Assembly (NCBI GenBank): GCA_963741205.1
Contig: CAVUHW010000027.1
Span: 135,894-199,893, forward strand
Direction of reading: 5' to 3'
DNA from: Nitrospirota bacterium
Lineage (GTDB): Bacteria; Nitrospirota; UBA9217
DNA length: 64,000 bases
In this document: positions 11,010 to 19,889 of the stretch, in pieces
Position numbering within the stretch: the first letter of the stretch is position 1
Layout: every line of letters begins with the position of its first letter
Position numbers and translations under genes: made by a program
The notes under the pieces: model-generated
Databases searched by the model: none
What the model was told of the DNA's origin: nothing
Seen by the model: only the letters and a program-made list of their open reading frames with translations

Positions 11010-11417
11010 ATGCGGATCATCTTCGAAAAGAGGACCCCCGGCCAGATCGAGTTCGGCATCATCTACGGCGGGATCGCCCTGCTTGCCCTTCTTGCTGCCC
11101 GGCTCGACCGGGCATTATCAATGGCGCCAACCTGTGTCTTCAAGGGACTCTCCGGACTTCCCTGTCCCACCTGCGGCTCCACGCGGTCGTTGGTGCATCT
11201 GTCTCATGGCGACATCGTTTCCGCCCTGACCATGAACCCTATCGTCACCCTTGCCGTCGTTTTCGCTATCCTCTTTTTTTTCTACGCCTTGATCACGCTG
11301 ATATTCAACTTTCGGAGGATCGGATTCCTCTTAACGGAGCGTGAGAAAGACACCATAAGAATCACAGCAGTGGTCCTCCTTCTCGCCCAGTGGGGCTGGC
11401 TTATTCGAACGATCTAG
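11010..11417 (+). CDS. DUF2752 domain membrane protein
   Basis: C.F...G.PCPTCGSTRS..L.HGD..A...NP motif. Confidence 0.85.
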   Translation: MRIIFEKRTPGQIEFGIIYGGIALLALLAARLDRALSMAPTCVFKGLSGLPCPTCGSTRSLVHLSHGDIVSALTMNPIVTLAVVFAILFFFYALITLIFNFRRIGFLLTEREKDTIRITAVVLLLAQWGWLIRTI

Positions 11418-11523
11418 AAAATCACTGAAATTAATTTTTGTCCCGACTCAAGGGACACGGCTGCCATAACCGCCGGAGTTTTTGATTGCAAAGAGCCCTG
11501 AATTCCGTTACAATTCAGACCCT

Positions 11524-12993
11524 ATGGCATACGAATCACTAAGAGATTTCATATCCGTCCTGGAAAAGAACGGCGAACTCGTCCGAATCAAGGCTGAAGT
11601 GGACGCGGAACTGGAGATTGCGGAGATCACGGACCGCGTTTCGAAAGAAAAGGGGACCGCCAACAAGGCCCTTTTCTTCGAGAAGGTCAAAGGATCGAAA
11701 TTCCCCGTCCTCACCAATGCCTTCGGTTCCATGAAGCGCATGTGCCTCGCCCTCGAGGTTTCGGAACTCGACGACATCGGACAGCGGGTCAAGGAGATCA
11801 TCGATCCCACGAATCTCTTTCCGGGGCCGGGGGCAGGGATCATGGAAAAACTGCAGACTCTGCCGAAGCTGGCGGAACTCGCCAATTTTTTCCCCAAGAC
11901 CGTGAAGAAGGCCCCCTGCCAGGAAATCGTTCTAACGGGCGAACAGGTAGACCTGTTTAAAATTCCCGTGCTCAAGTGCTGGCCCGCGGACGGGGGGCGG
12001 TTCATCACGCTTCCCATGGTCTGCACCGTCGATCCGGCCACGAGGATCACGAACGTCGGCATGTACCGGATGCAGGTCTTCGATCACCAGACCACGGGCA
12101 TGCACTGGCACAAACACAAGGACGGCGCGCGCCACTACCAGCACTACGAGGCCGCGGGCAAGCGTATGGAAGTGGCCGTTGCCATCGGCGGCGACCCCGC
12201 AATCATCTATTCCTCCACCGCGCCCCTGCCTCCGGCCATCGGCGAGTTTATCTTCGCCGGATTCCTGCGAAAGAAGCCGCTCGAGGTCGTCCCGTGCAAG
12301 ACCGTAGACATCCGGGTGCCGGCTGAGGCCGAATTCATACTTGAGGGCTTCGTCGATCCGGGTGAACGAAGGAGGGAAGGGCCGTTCGGAGACCATACCG
12401 GTTACTATTCCGAGGCCGACCAGTACCCTGTGTTCCACATAACGGCGATCACTCACCGGAAAGACGCCATCTACCCCGCAACCCTGGTAGGGCGTCCGCC
12501 GCAGGAAGACGCCTATCTCGGCAAGGCGACCGAGCGGATATTCCTGCCGCTCCTCCAGATGGTTGCGCCCGACATCCTGGACATGGACATGCCGGTCGAG
12601 GGGGTGTTCCACAACAACGTGATCGTGAAGATCAGAAAAAGGTATGCCGGCCACGGCAAGAAGGTGATCAACACGATCTGGGGTACGGGCATGCTCATGC
12701 TCTCCAAGTTCGTCGTCGTTTGCGACGAGGACGTGAATATCCACGACTATTCCGAAGTGACGTGGAAGGTCATGAACCACGTAGACCCGCAGCGCGACGT
12801 GGTGATCGCCGACGGACCGCTCGACATCCTCGATCACTCCTGCCCGCAGATCGGCTTCGGGGGCAAGATGGGAATCGACGCCACGCGCAAAGGGCCCGGG
12901 GAAGGCTTCATGAGGCCCTGGCCGGACGAGATCAGGATGGACCCGCAAGTCCAACAGCGGGTGGAAGAGCGGTGGAAGGAGTACGGGTTCTAG
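11524..12993 (+). CDS. UbiD-family decarboxylase (menaquinone-biosynthesis type)
   Basis: NVGMYRMQ, EGPFGDHTGYY, GRPPQED, LDHS..FGGKMGIDAT. Confidence 0.9.
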   Translation: MAYESLRDFISVLEKNGELVRIKAEVDAELEIAEITDRVSKEKGTANKALFFEKVKGSKFPVLTNAFGSMKRMCLALEVSELDDIGQRVKEIIDPTNLFPGPGAGIMEKLQTLPKLAELANFFPKTVKKAPCQEIVLTGEQVDLFKIPVLKCWPADGGRFITLPMVCTVDPATRITNVGMYRMQVFDHQTTGMHWHKHKDGARHYQHYEAAGKRMEVAVAIGGDPAIIYSSTAPLPPAIGEFIFAGFLRKKPLEVVPCKTVDIRVPAEAEFILEGFVDPGERRREGPFGDHTGYYSEADQYPVFHITAITHRKDAIYPATLVGRPPQEDAYLGKATERIFLPLLQMVAPDILDMDMPVEGVFHNNVIVKIRKRYAGHGKKVINTIWGTGMLMLSKFVVVCDEDVNIHDYSEVTWKVMNHVDPQRDVVIADGPLDILDHSCPQIGFGGKMGIDATRKGPGEGFMRPWPDEIRMDPQVQQRVEERWKEYGF

Positions 12994-13012
12994 GACAAAC
13001 ACCAACCCATCT

Positions 13013-14332
13013 ATGCTGGCATTCGACATCATCCTGATTTTTTCCTTGATCATCCTGAACGGATTTTTCGCCGCGTCCGAGATTTCCCTCATCTCGCTCA
13101 GAAAAAGCCGGGTCCGTCACCTCGTAAAGACCGGTCATCACGCCGCGAAGAGGGTGCAGAAGCTCCAGGAGGAGCCGGAGCGCTTCCTCAGCACGGTCCA
13201 GATCGGCGTGACGCTGATCGGGACGCTTGCCGCGGCGATAGGCGGCGTCATCGCGGTGACGCACATCAAGCCGCTCTTTCTGTCAAGCAGGTTCGTGTTT
13301 GTCCAGAAAGCGGCCGAACCTCTCTCCGTGGCAGTCGTCGTCGGCCTGATCACCTATGTGACGATCGTGATCGGGGAACTCGTCCCGAAATCGCTCGCAA
13401 TCCGGCACTCGGAGAAGATAGCGTTTTTTACGTCGGCGTTCATCGATTTTCTCTCGCGGACGCTCTCCTTCATACTGCGGGTACTCACCCTTTCGAGCAA
13501 TTGCGTGCTGAGTGTTTTCGGGCTGGAGCATGGCCAGGAGCCGAACTTCATCTCCGAGGACGAGGTCAAGTACCTTATCCGGGAAGGCCGAAATACCGGC
13601 GTCTTCGAGCCGTCCGAAGAGGACCTGATCCACAGCGTCTTCCGCTTCACCGACACGGTGGTGAAAGAGGTCATGGTGCCCAGGACGGAGATCGTCGCCG
13701 TCGAGGCGGACAGCGACATCGACACCATCCTGCGCACCATGAATGAAAAAGGGTTTTCCCGGCTGCCGGTATACAGCGAGACCATCGACAACATAATCGG
13801 CATCGTGTTCCTCAAGGACATCCTGACGCTCCACATGGAGAACCGCCCGCTCACGCTTGAGGACGTGCTCAGGAAACCTTATGTCGTACCGCCGAACAAG
13901 AATGTGAGCGTTCTCCTGAAGGAGATGCGCGAAAAACACATTCATCTCGCCCTCGTGGGCGATGAATACGGCGGGACCGACGGCCTGGTCACCATGGAGG
14001 ACTTGATCGAGGAAATCGTCGGGGACATCCGCGATGAACAGGAAAAGGAACTGAGGGAGATCCATGAGATCGCAGCAAACCGGTACATCGTCGACGGCAG
14101 GACGGACATCGGAAAGGTGAATGAGAAACTGGGTGTCCAGCTCCCCGAGGACGAATTTGAAACCGTGGGGGGCTTTGTGCTGGGTCTCTTCGGAAGACTG
14201 CCCGCAGAGGGCGACCAGGTCCGTCACAATAATCTGCTGTTCACCGTGCTCCGGCTCCGGAGAAACCGCATTTCCCGCGTCCGGGTGCTGAAATATGCAC
14301 CGGAAAACCAGGAACCTGAAGAAGAGAGTTGA
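13013..14332 (+). CDS. HlyC/CorC (CNNM-CBS-CorC) transporter
   Basis: LNGFFAASE, GELVPKSLA, VMVPR, FSRLPVY, DEYGGTDGLVTMED. Confidence 0.93.
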   Translation: MLAFDIILIFSLIILNGFFAASEISLISLRKSRVRHLVKTGHHAAKRVQKLQEEPERFLSTVQIGVTLIGTLAAAIGGVIAVTHIKPLFLSSRFVFVQKAAEPLSVAVVVGLITYVTIVIGELVPKSLAIRHSEKIAFFTSAFIDFLSRTLSFILRVLTLSSNCVLSVFGLEHGQEPNFISEDEVKYLIREGRNTGVFEPSEEDLIHSVFRFTDTVVKEVMVPRTEIVAVEADSDIDTILRTMNEKGFSRLPVYSETIDNIIGIVFLKDILTLHMENRPLTLEDVLRKPYVVPPNKNVSVLLKEMREKHIHLALVGDEYGGTDGLVTMEDLIEEIVGDIRDEQEKELREIHEIAANRYIVDGRTDIGKVNEKLGVQLPEDEFETVGGFVLGLFGRLPAEGDQVRHNNLLFTVLRLRRNRISRVRVLKYAPENQEPEEES

Positions 14333-14577
14333 ACCACGGGTCCCGCGCGGACGCGAGACACACGGATAGCATAAAGAAAAACAATTTGCGCGCAAAGCCG
14401 CTAAGTCACAAAGAAAAAACAAATCATGTTTTCGGTTTAAATTCAAGATTCCAAAGATGTTGATTCTCTTTGCGTGCTTTGCGACTTTGCACGAGACAGG
14501 CCTAAGCAATTACAATTTATTTTAAGATTTAAATCCGTGTTCATCCGTGCGTCCCGTCGAAGACGGAACCCGTGGTT
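14332..14577. repeat. Nested palindromic element: AACCACGG-type outer arms enclosing a CGCAAAG-type doublet
   Basis: Outer AACCACGGG..ACACGGAT / ATCCGTGT..CCCGTGGTT; inner CGCAAAGCCGCTAAGTCACAAAG / CTTTGCGTGCTTTGCGACTTTGC. Confidence 0.75.
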
Positions 14578-14607
14578 ACATGTTTTTTAGTTGATGAAAG
14601 GGTGACA

Positions 14608-15492
14608 ATGACGACACCGCTGGTACTTGAGACAAATCTCCAAGGACTGAAACCGCCCCGCCGGGGAAAAGTCCGGGACATCTACGACTTGGGCGATACC
14701 ATGCTCATCATTGCGACGGACAGAATCTCGGCATTCGATGTCGTCCTGCCCAACGCCGTTCCGGAGAAGGGAAGGGTCCTGACCCAGATCTCGAAATACT
14801 GGTTCGGGCAGACCGAAAAGATCGTAAAGAACCATGTGATCTCCACGGCGGTAAAAGATTTTCCTCCGGCGTGCAAGCCGTACGCGGCCATCCTTGAAGG
14901 CAGAAGCATGCTCGTAAAAAAAACGCAGCCCCTTCCCGTGGAGTGCGTTGTCCGCGGCTATCTGACCGGGTCCGGTCTGAAGGAATATAAGGTAATGGGA
15001 TCGGTCAGCGGCGTCAAACTGCCCGCAGGCCTGACGGAGGCATCCCGGCTGCCGGAGCCGATCTTTACCCCATCGACCAAGGCGGAAGTCGGAGAGCACG
15101 ACGAGAACATAGATTTTAATACGGTGGTAAAGCTAATCGGCAAAGAAACGGCGGACAAGATCAAATCCTATACGCTTTCGATCTATACAAAGGCGTGCGA
15201 GATCGCGGAACCTAAAGGGATCATCATCGCCGACACGAAACTCGAATTCGGCATCTATCAGGGCGAGGTCATCCTGATCGACGAGGTGCTCACGCCGGAT
15301 TCCTCCCGGTTCTGGCCCCGGAACGATTATAAAGTCGGAGTTTCGCAAAAGAGCTTCGACAAACAGTTTGTCCGCGACTATCTTCTCTCCCTCACCTGGA
15401 ACCAGAAGCCGCCGGCCCCGGTCCTTCCCGACGACGTAGTCATGAGAACGAGCGAAAAGTACCTTGAAGTGCTCAAGATGCTGACGAGCTAG
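14608..15492 (+). CDS. purC: SAICAR synthetase
   Basis: [59 protein letters not shown]. Confidence 0.97.
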   Translation: MTTPLVLETNLQGLKPPRRGKVRDIYDLGDTMLIIATDRISAFDVVLPNAVPEKGRVLTQISKYWFGQTEKIVKNHVISTAVKDFPPACKPYAAILEGRSMLVKKTQPLPVECVVRGYLTGSGLKEYKVMGSVSGVKLPAGLTEASRLPEPIFTPSTKAEVGEHDENIDFNTVVKLIGKETADKIKSYTLSIYTKACEIAEPKGIIIADTKLEFGIYQGEVILIDEVLTPDSSRFWPRNDYKVGVSQKSFDKQFVRDYLLSLTWNQKPPAPVLPDDVVMRTSEKYLEVLKMLTS

Positions 15493-15517
15493 GGTTCTTT
15501 TCCCGTTATTTCGGCTT

Positions 15518-15559
15518 GCCTGCACCTAGTGATTACGAATGCTTGGCGCGAGTGCAGGG
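15518..15559. repeat. CCTGCAC...GTGCAGG mini-hairpin repeat, copy 1
   Basis: Near reverse complement of 62467..62507. Confidence 0.7.
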
Positions 15560-15591
15560 TGTCCGGAATCGTTTCCAATTTTTATCTGTAA

Positions 15592-15677
15592 ATCCCCCTC
15601 AGGCCAACCCTCCCCGGAGAGGCGATGGGGTCTTTAAAGTCCTCTCCCCTGGGGGGAGAGGATTGAGGTGAGGGGAT
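15592..15677. repeat. CCCCTC..CCTCTCCC/GGGAGAGG..GAGGGG palindromic doublet
   Basis: ATCCCCCTC..CCCTCCCCGGAGAGG ... CCTCTCCCCTGGGGGGAGAGG..GTGAGGGGAT. Confidence 0.7.
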
Positions 15678-15787
15678 GGGATTCTCCGCCGTGCAAGACA
15701 AGAAGCGAACCATTTAACTTATAATAATACAAAGACCTACCCGTTCGGGTAGGTACCCGTTTTATCATCAATAACCGCTCATCCTGC

Positions 15788-15815
15788 TTGACAATACGCA
15801 GAGCATCCGTATAAT
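15788..15815 (+). promoter_or_regulatory. Consensus sigma70 promoter upstream of the tnpB remnant
   Basis: TTGACA-N16-TATAAT. Confidence 0.6.
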
Positions 15816-15991
15816 CAAACTACCCTCAATGATAGCTTTTTGTCTTAACGCAAGACAGTTTCCAGCAGCTTGCTGAAAACCCTCGAATGTCCATCGAGCA
15901 ATGATAACGCGGCTACGAGACCATCAATATTAGATGCCTAGACCGTCCATATAATAACTTGTTAATCTGAAAAAAAGCCACTTGCGAACGG

Positions 15992-16471
15992 GTCAAAGGC
16001 AAGGCCGGTCTCAACAAGTCCATACTCGAATCAGCGTGGGGCAAGGTAAAGCTCTTTACGACGTACAAAGCCTCGCGACGCAACAAGCTCGTTATCGCCA
16101 TACCGCCGCACGGCACCTCACAGGAGTGTTCGAAGTGTTCGCACACTCACCCGGACAATCGTCAAAGTCACAGGCGGTGTTCGATTGCCAGAGCTGTGGC
16201 TTTACGGAAAACGCCGATACCAATGCGTCTCTGTTATCAAGAAGCGCGGCACAAAAAAATGCTCGTATCTGGCGAAATCACCGTAAAGCATAGGAAACGC
16301 GCTATGCGGAGCTAAGGAAGAAGGAAACACTAGGCCGGGAACCGGCCGAAGTTACGCGCGGGGAGAAGCGGATAAGACAGGCAACCTGGGAACTACCCAG
16401 GGACTGCACGCTTCTATGATCCGTGAAACCCCCACTGCAACCATGTAATTGGTTCAGTGGCGGGTAGTTCA
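15992..16471 (+). mobile_element. tnpB: IS200/IS605-type remnant: 5'-truncated tnpB plus putative omegaRNA/right end
   Basis: Manual translation from 15992: KAGLNKSILESAWG..YKA..IPPHGTSQECSKC..DNRQS, then after a frameshift QAVFDCQSCGFTENADTNAS; 3' end GAAACCCCCACTG..CAGTGGCGGGTAGTTCA; GAACTACCC (16390) complements GGGTAGTTC (16462). Confidence 0.88.
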
Positions 16472-16473
16472 TG

Positions 16474-16515
16474 AGCGACATCCATTCAACCGACACGCAC
16501 GGATACTCGGAAGTG
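16474..16515 (+). pseudogene. Tiny fragment of a Tn3-family transposase
   Basis: Translates SDIHSTDTHGYSEV, matching the HSTDTHG catalytic-aspartate motif of Tn3-family TnpA; only 14 codons. Confidence 0.7.
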
Positions 16516-16572
16516 ACCTGGTCAAGGTGAGTTCTAGCGCATTGAGGTTGTGAAACATTTCGGCAATAACAT

Positions 16573-16659
16573 TGCTAACCAGTCAATAAACCTGACCGGA
16601 ATTAAGCGCGTTCTTAAAACGGGCAGCGCATCGGTCGGCAGGTTATTTTACCGTTAGGC
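16573..16659 (+). mobile_element. Integron attC recombination site (no intI in window)
   Basis: TGCTAAC CAGTCAAT AAACCTGACCG ... CGGCAGGTT ATTTTACC GTTAGGC: paired R and L boxes, an unpaired base in the L arm, GTTRRRY core, 87 bp. Confidence 0.78.
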
Positions 16660-16728
16660 TTTCAATCTCGCTGGATCAAGTACTCTAAGCCCGAAGGGCA
16701 TTGAGAATAAAAAAAGGAGCAATACCTA

Positions 16729-18612
16729 ATGATGACAGTACTGATAGGAGGGATTGTCTTATGTTTAGTTGTTGTTTTAATTGTTCTGCTGGTTATCATT
16801 AAAGGTTTTTGTTTGATTGATGCCAATCAAGTCGGCATCCTTACTAAAAACATGTTTGGCAAAAAAATGCCTGAAGGACAAATAATCGCGCGTCACGGAG
16901 AAGTAGGGGTTCAGGCGAAGACTTTGATGCCAGGGCTCTACTGGAGGTTACCTATAATCTGGTCATTTACCAAAGTTCCGGTAGTGACGGTAGATATTGC
17001 CAGTGTCGGTATCGTCGAATCAATTGACGGCGAACCACTGCCGAAAGGCAGAGTGTTAGCCGATGAGGTCGAGAGTAATCAATTTCAAGACGCAGAGATG
17101 TTCTTTGCCAATCATGGGGAAAAGGGACCGCAAGTTGGGATTCTGCGTCCAGGCACCTACCGGATCAATTCCAGACTGTTCAATATTACCAAAGCTCCCG
17201 CGGTAAAAATAGATGAGAATACCATTGGTATCGCCGTTGCTAAAGATGGCATCCCCTTACCCACTGGCTATGTCATCGCTCCGAAGGCTCGCAACGATGA
17301 CGGTACCGAAGCAGACCACAAGTCTTATCAAAATGGTCAGCTCTTTATCGATAGCAAAGGATACCGGGGACCGCAGTTGGATACCTTGCAACCGGGAATA
17401 TATTACATCAATCCGAACTTATTTGACATTAAAGTCACCGATGTAGCCGAGGTCCTTCCCGGATATGTGGCAGTAATCAGGTCTAATGTGGGGTTGGAGC
17501 TGGAGAGAACACCGGCAGGGCCGGAGCTGACTACCAAAGAAGGAAAACTCGGCGGTCCGATCCATGAAGATGTTGAGAAAATACTGATAACCGATAAATA
17601 TACCCGAGGCATTTGGAGAGAGCCGATAGCACCTGGAAAATACAATATGAATTCGATTGCTTTCACCGCATATCAGGTGCCTACTTCCGCCGTTACCATC
17701 GATTGGGCAGGCGAGGGGAAAATCGGGACAGAGGTAAAGGGAATTAAACCAACGGAAGCCAAGGCTGCGGGGGTCCTGTACAGTTTTGATCCCTTGAAGG
17801 TGACTTCTAAAGACGGCTTTCAACTGGAAGTCAATGTTCGAATGGTGATTCGAATTCAACCCGGGAATGCGGCTTACATCATAGCTCGATTCGGGTCAGT
17901 GGCCAATCTGATTGATCAAATCGTACATCCGCTGATCGATTCATCTTTCAGGAATAAAGCCGGCGAGAAGAAGGCGATTGACTTTTTCCAAAGCAGGACG
18001 GACCTGCAGACCGAAGCATTGGCACACGCCAAAGAAAGATTTTCTGAGTACAACGTAGAGGCCCAAAACCTGCTCATTGCTTATATCGATATACCGAAGG
18101 ATTTGTTGGATACTCAAACCAAGAAGGAGATTGCCAATCAGCAGCAAGCCCAGTATGACCAGGAGGCGCTGGCTCAGGAAAAACGCATTGCGGTCATGGA
18201 AAAATCGTCCCGGGCCGATAAACAAAAAGATGTTATTGATGCCAAATTATCTATCGACATCAATAATGACAGGGCTGAGGCCATGGTTAAGGAAGCTGAC
18301 GGGAAAAGGCGCTCTGCGATTCTCCAGGCTCAAGGGACTAAAGAATCTACAATACTGGTGGCTGATGGCAATTCTTACAAAAGCAAGATTGAGGGCGACG
18401 GTGTTGCCGCTGCTTACAACGCTCAGAAAGAGGCCATTGGTCAGCAGAATGTAGCGATAATCAAACTCGTTCAGGAGATAGCGGCTGGTAAGATTCAGAT
18501 CGTGCCCCAGGTCCTGGTTGGGGGTGGGGAAGGCTCAACGAGCGGCAACCTATTCAATGCATGGTTATCTCAAATGATTTCTCAAAACGCACCGAAAAAT
18601 GAGGAAAAATAG
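16729..18612 (+). CDS. SPFH/band 7 (flotillin-like) protein with N-terminal TM and four internal repeats
   Basis: RBS AAGGAG; repeats G..G.Q...L.PG.Y; SPFH core VTSKDGFQLEVNV..IARFGS..FRN; helical C-terminus; visibly more AT-rich than core genes. Confidence 0.88.
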   Translation: MMTVLIGGIVLCLVVVLIVLLVIIKGFCLIDANQVGILTKNMFGKKMPEGQIIARHGEVGVQAKTLMPGLYWRLPIIWSFTKVPVVTVDIASVGIVESIDGEPLPKGRVLADEVESNQFQDAEMFFANHGEKGPQVGILRPGTYRINSRLFNITKAPAVKIDENTIGIAVAKDGIPLPTGYVIAPKARNDDGTEADHKSYQNGQLFIDSKGYRGPQLDTLQPGIYYINPNLFDIKVTDVAEVLPGYVAVIRSNVGLELERTPAGPELTTKEGKLGGPIHEDVEKILITDKYTRGIWREPIAPGKYNMNSIAFTAYQVPTSAVTIDWAGEGKIGTEVKGIKPTEAKAAGVLYSFDPLKVTSKDGFQLEVNVRMVIRIQPGNAAYIIARFGSVANLIDQIVHPLIDSSFRNKAGEKKAIDFFQSRTDLQTEALAHAKERFSEYNVEAQNLLIAYIDIPKDLLDTQTKKEIANQQQAQYDQEALAQEKRIAVMEKSSRADKQKDVIDAKLSIDINNDRAEAMVKEADGKRRSAILQAQGTKESTILVADGNSYKSKIEGDGVAAAYNAQKEAIGQQNVAIIKLVQEIAAGKIQIVPQVLVGGGEGSTSGNLFNAWLSQMISQNAPKNEEK

Positions 18613-18701
18613 AAAATACCGATTGGATCATCGTGACCGGCTTGTTTCATTGTACTCGTGACCCACGAACGGTCGAGTCTAAACTGGCAGACCGGAAATG
18701 A

Positions 18702-18741
18702 GTTTAACCAGCGGATCAAGATCGTCGCGGAGAAGCGCCGC
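18702..18741 (+). mobile_element. Possible left half of a decayed attC closing the SPFH cassette
   Basis: GTTTAAC (RYYYAAC) CAGCGGATCAAG..GCGGAGAAGCGCCGC; no matching right arm. Confidence 0.4.
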
Positions 18742-18793
18742 ATCAGACGGCTGATTGCTGGCCCGTCGCACTTGCCAGACAGGGAGGAATACA

Positions 18794-19441
18794 ATGTCGA
18801 AACTCCGCGTCCAAAGCTTCGCGATTTCCATCGACGGTTACGGTGCCGGGCCGAACCAGGATCTCCAGAATCCTCTCGGCGTTGGGGGCACTGAGTTGAT
18901 GGAGTGGTTCTTCCATACGCGCGTATGGCGGAGGATGCATGGCCATGACGACGGAGAGACGGGAGTCGATAACGGAATCGCGGAACAAGGCTTTGCCGGA
19001 ATCGGCGCGTGGATTCTTGGGCGCAACATGTTCGGTCCTGTCCGGGGTCCGTGGCCGGACGACAGCTGGAAGGGGTGGTGGGGCGACGAGCCGCCATATC
19101 ACACGCCCGTCTTCGTGCTGACACATCACCCGCGGGCGCCGCTTCGGATGGCGGGAGGTACCGAGTTTCGCTTTGTCACCGAAGGCATTCGCGCCGCTTT
19201 GGAGCAGGCGATTGCTGCAGCAGGCGGCAACGACGTCCGCCTCGGCGGAGGTGTAGCCACTATCCGGCAGTATCTGCGCGCGGGCCTGATTGACGAGCTG
19301 CATCTCGCCGTCCGGCCGGTCTTACTCGGTTCCGGTGAGCATCTCTTGAACGGCATCGATATGCGTGCTTTGGGCTATGAATGCGCGAAGTACGTCGCGG
19401 GCGAACGTGCGGCCCACGTCTTTCTGCGAAAGCGCGCGTGA
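18794..19441 (+). CDS. Dihydrofolate reductase/RibD C-terminal family protein
   Basis: SIDGYGAGP, ILGRNMF, WWGDEPPYHTPVFVLTH, LGGG, AGLIDEL, P.LLGSG. Confidence 0.9.
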   Translation: MSKLRVQSFAISIDGYGAGPNQDLQNPLGVGGTELMEWFFHTRVWRRMHGHDDGETGVDNGIAEQGFAGIGAWILGRNMFGPVRGPWPDDSWKGWWGDEPPYHTPVFVLTHHPRAPLRMAGGTEFRFVTEGIRAALEQAIAAAGGNDVRLGGGVATIRQYLRAGLIDELHLAVRPVLLGSGEHLLNGIDMRALGYECAKYVAGERAAHVFLRKRA

Positions 19442-19822
19442 TTCGTCCGGCTCGCTCGCGCCTCGACAGCGACGCGCCATGTGGCGCGCACCGGCGCCCG
19501 GTTCAGCTTTACGCAGGACTACTTCGACGCTATCTGCGGCGATCTCTCAAAGGTTACGCTGGGACGGGCCATTGCGCCACCTCGACGGCGCTGCCGCTGC
19601 TTACACCCGTTACGCTGGAGAACCGCGGAGGGGCCTGCGGCAGGAAGGCGCCAGCCTTCCAGAGGCTGCTCGCTGACCTGGAATCAGGACGTTAGATCTG
19701 CTGTCAGCAACACGAGGTCTTGCTGCTTGATTTTCAATATCTCCACGGATAGTTAAAGAAGAATCCGGCCCTCTCTACGCACCCTGTCGACTGTTCGACT
19801 GGTGCTCGTCTACCCTTTGTTC

Positions 19823-19851
19823 TTGACGATTCCGCGCATAATCAGTATAAT
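19823..19851 (+). promoter_or_regulatory. Putative sigma70 promoter of lysS-lol genes
   Basis: TTGACG-N17-TATAAT. Confidence 0.65.
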
Positions 19852-19889
19852 CCGCGTTGGTTTATTACTATGGCTTGAAAAGGAGCAGC

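Noticed and set aside
2097-14509. Long antisense ORFs (e.g. 2097..3257, 5144..6400, 11932..13092, 13283..14509)
   Set aside because: Shadow frames of GC-rich genes with no recognisable motifs
15735-15754. Hairpin ACCTACCCG-TT-CGGGTAGGT as the IS left end
   Set aside because: It partly resembles the right-end sequence, but the intervening DNA shows no tnpA or tnpB N-terminus, so it cannot be assigned
15982-16293. ORF-track 103-aa protein as a functional mini-TnpB
   Set aside because: It is a chimera of frames; the N-terminal domains and first RuvC motifs are missing
18794-19441. Trimethoprim-resistance dfr cassette
   Set aside because: Sequence fits the RibD-C/DHFR-like family rather than DfrA, and no attC follows it
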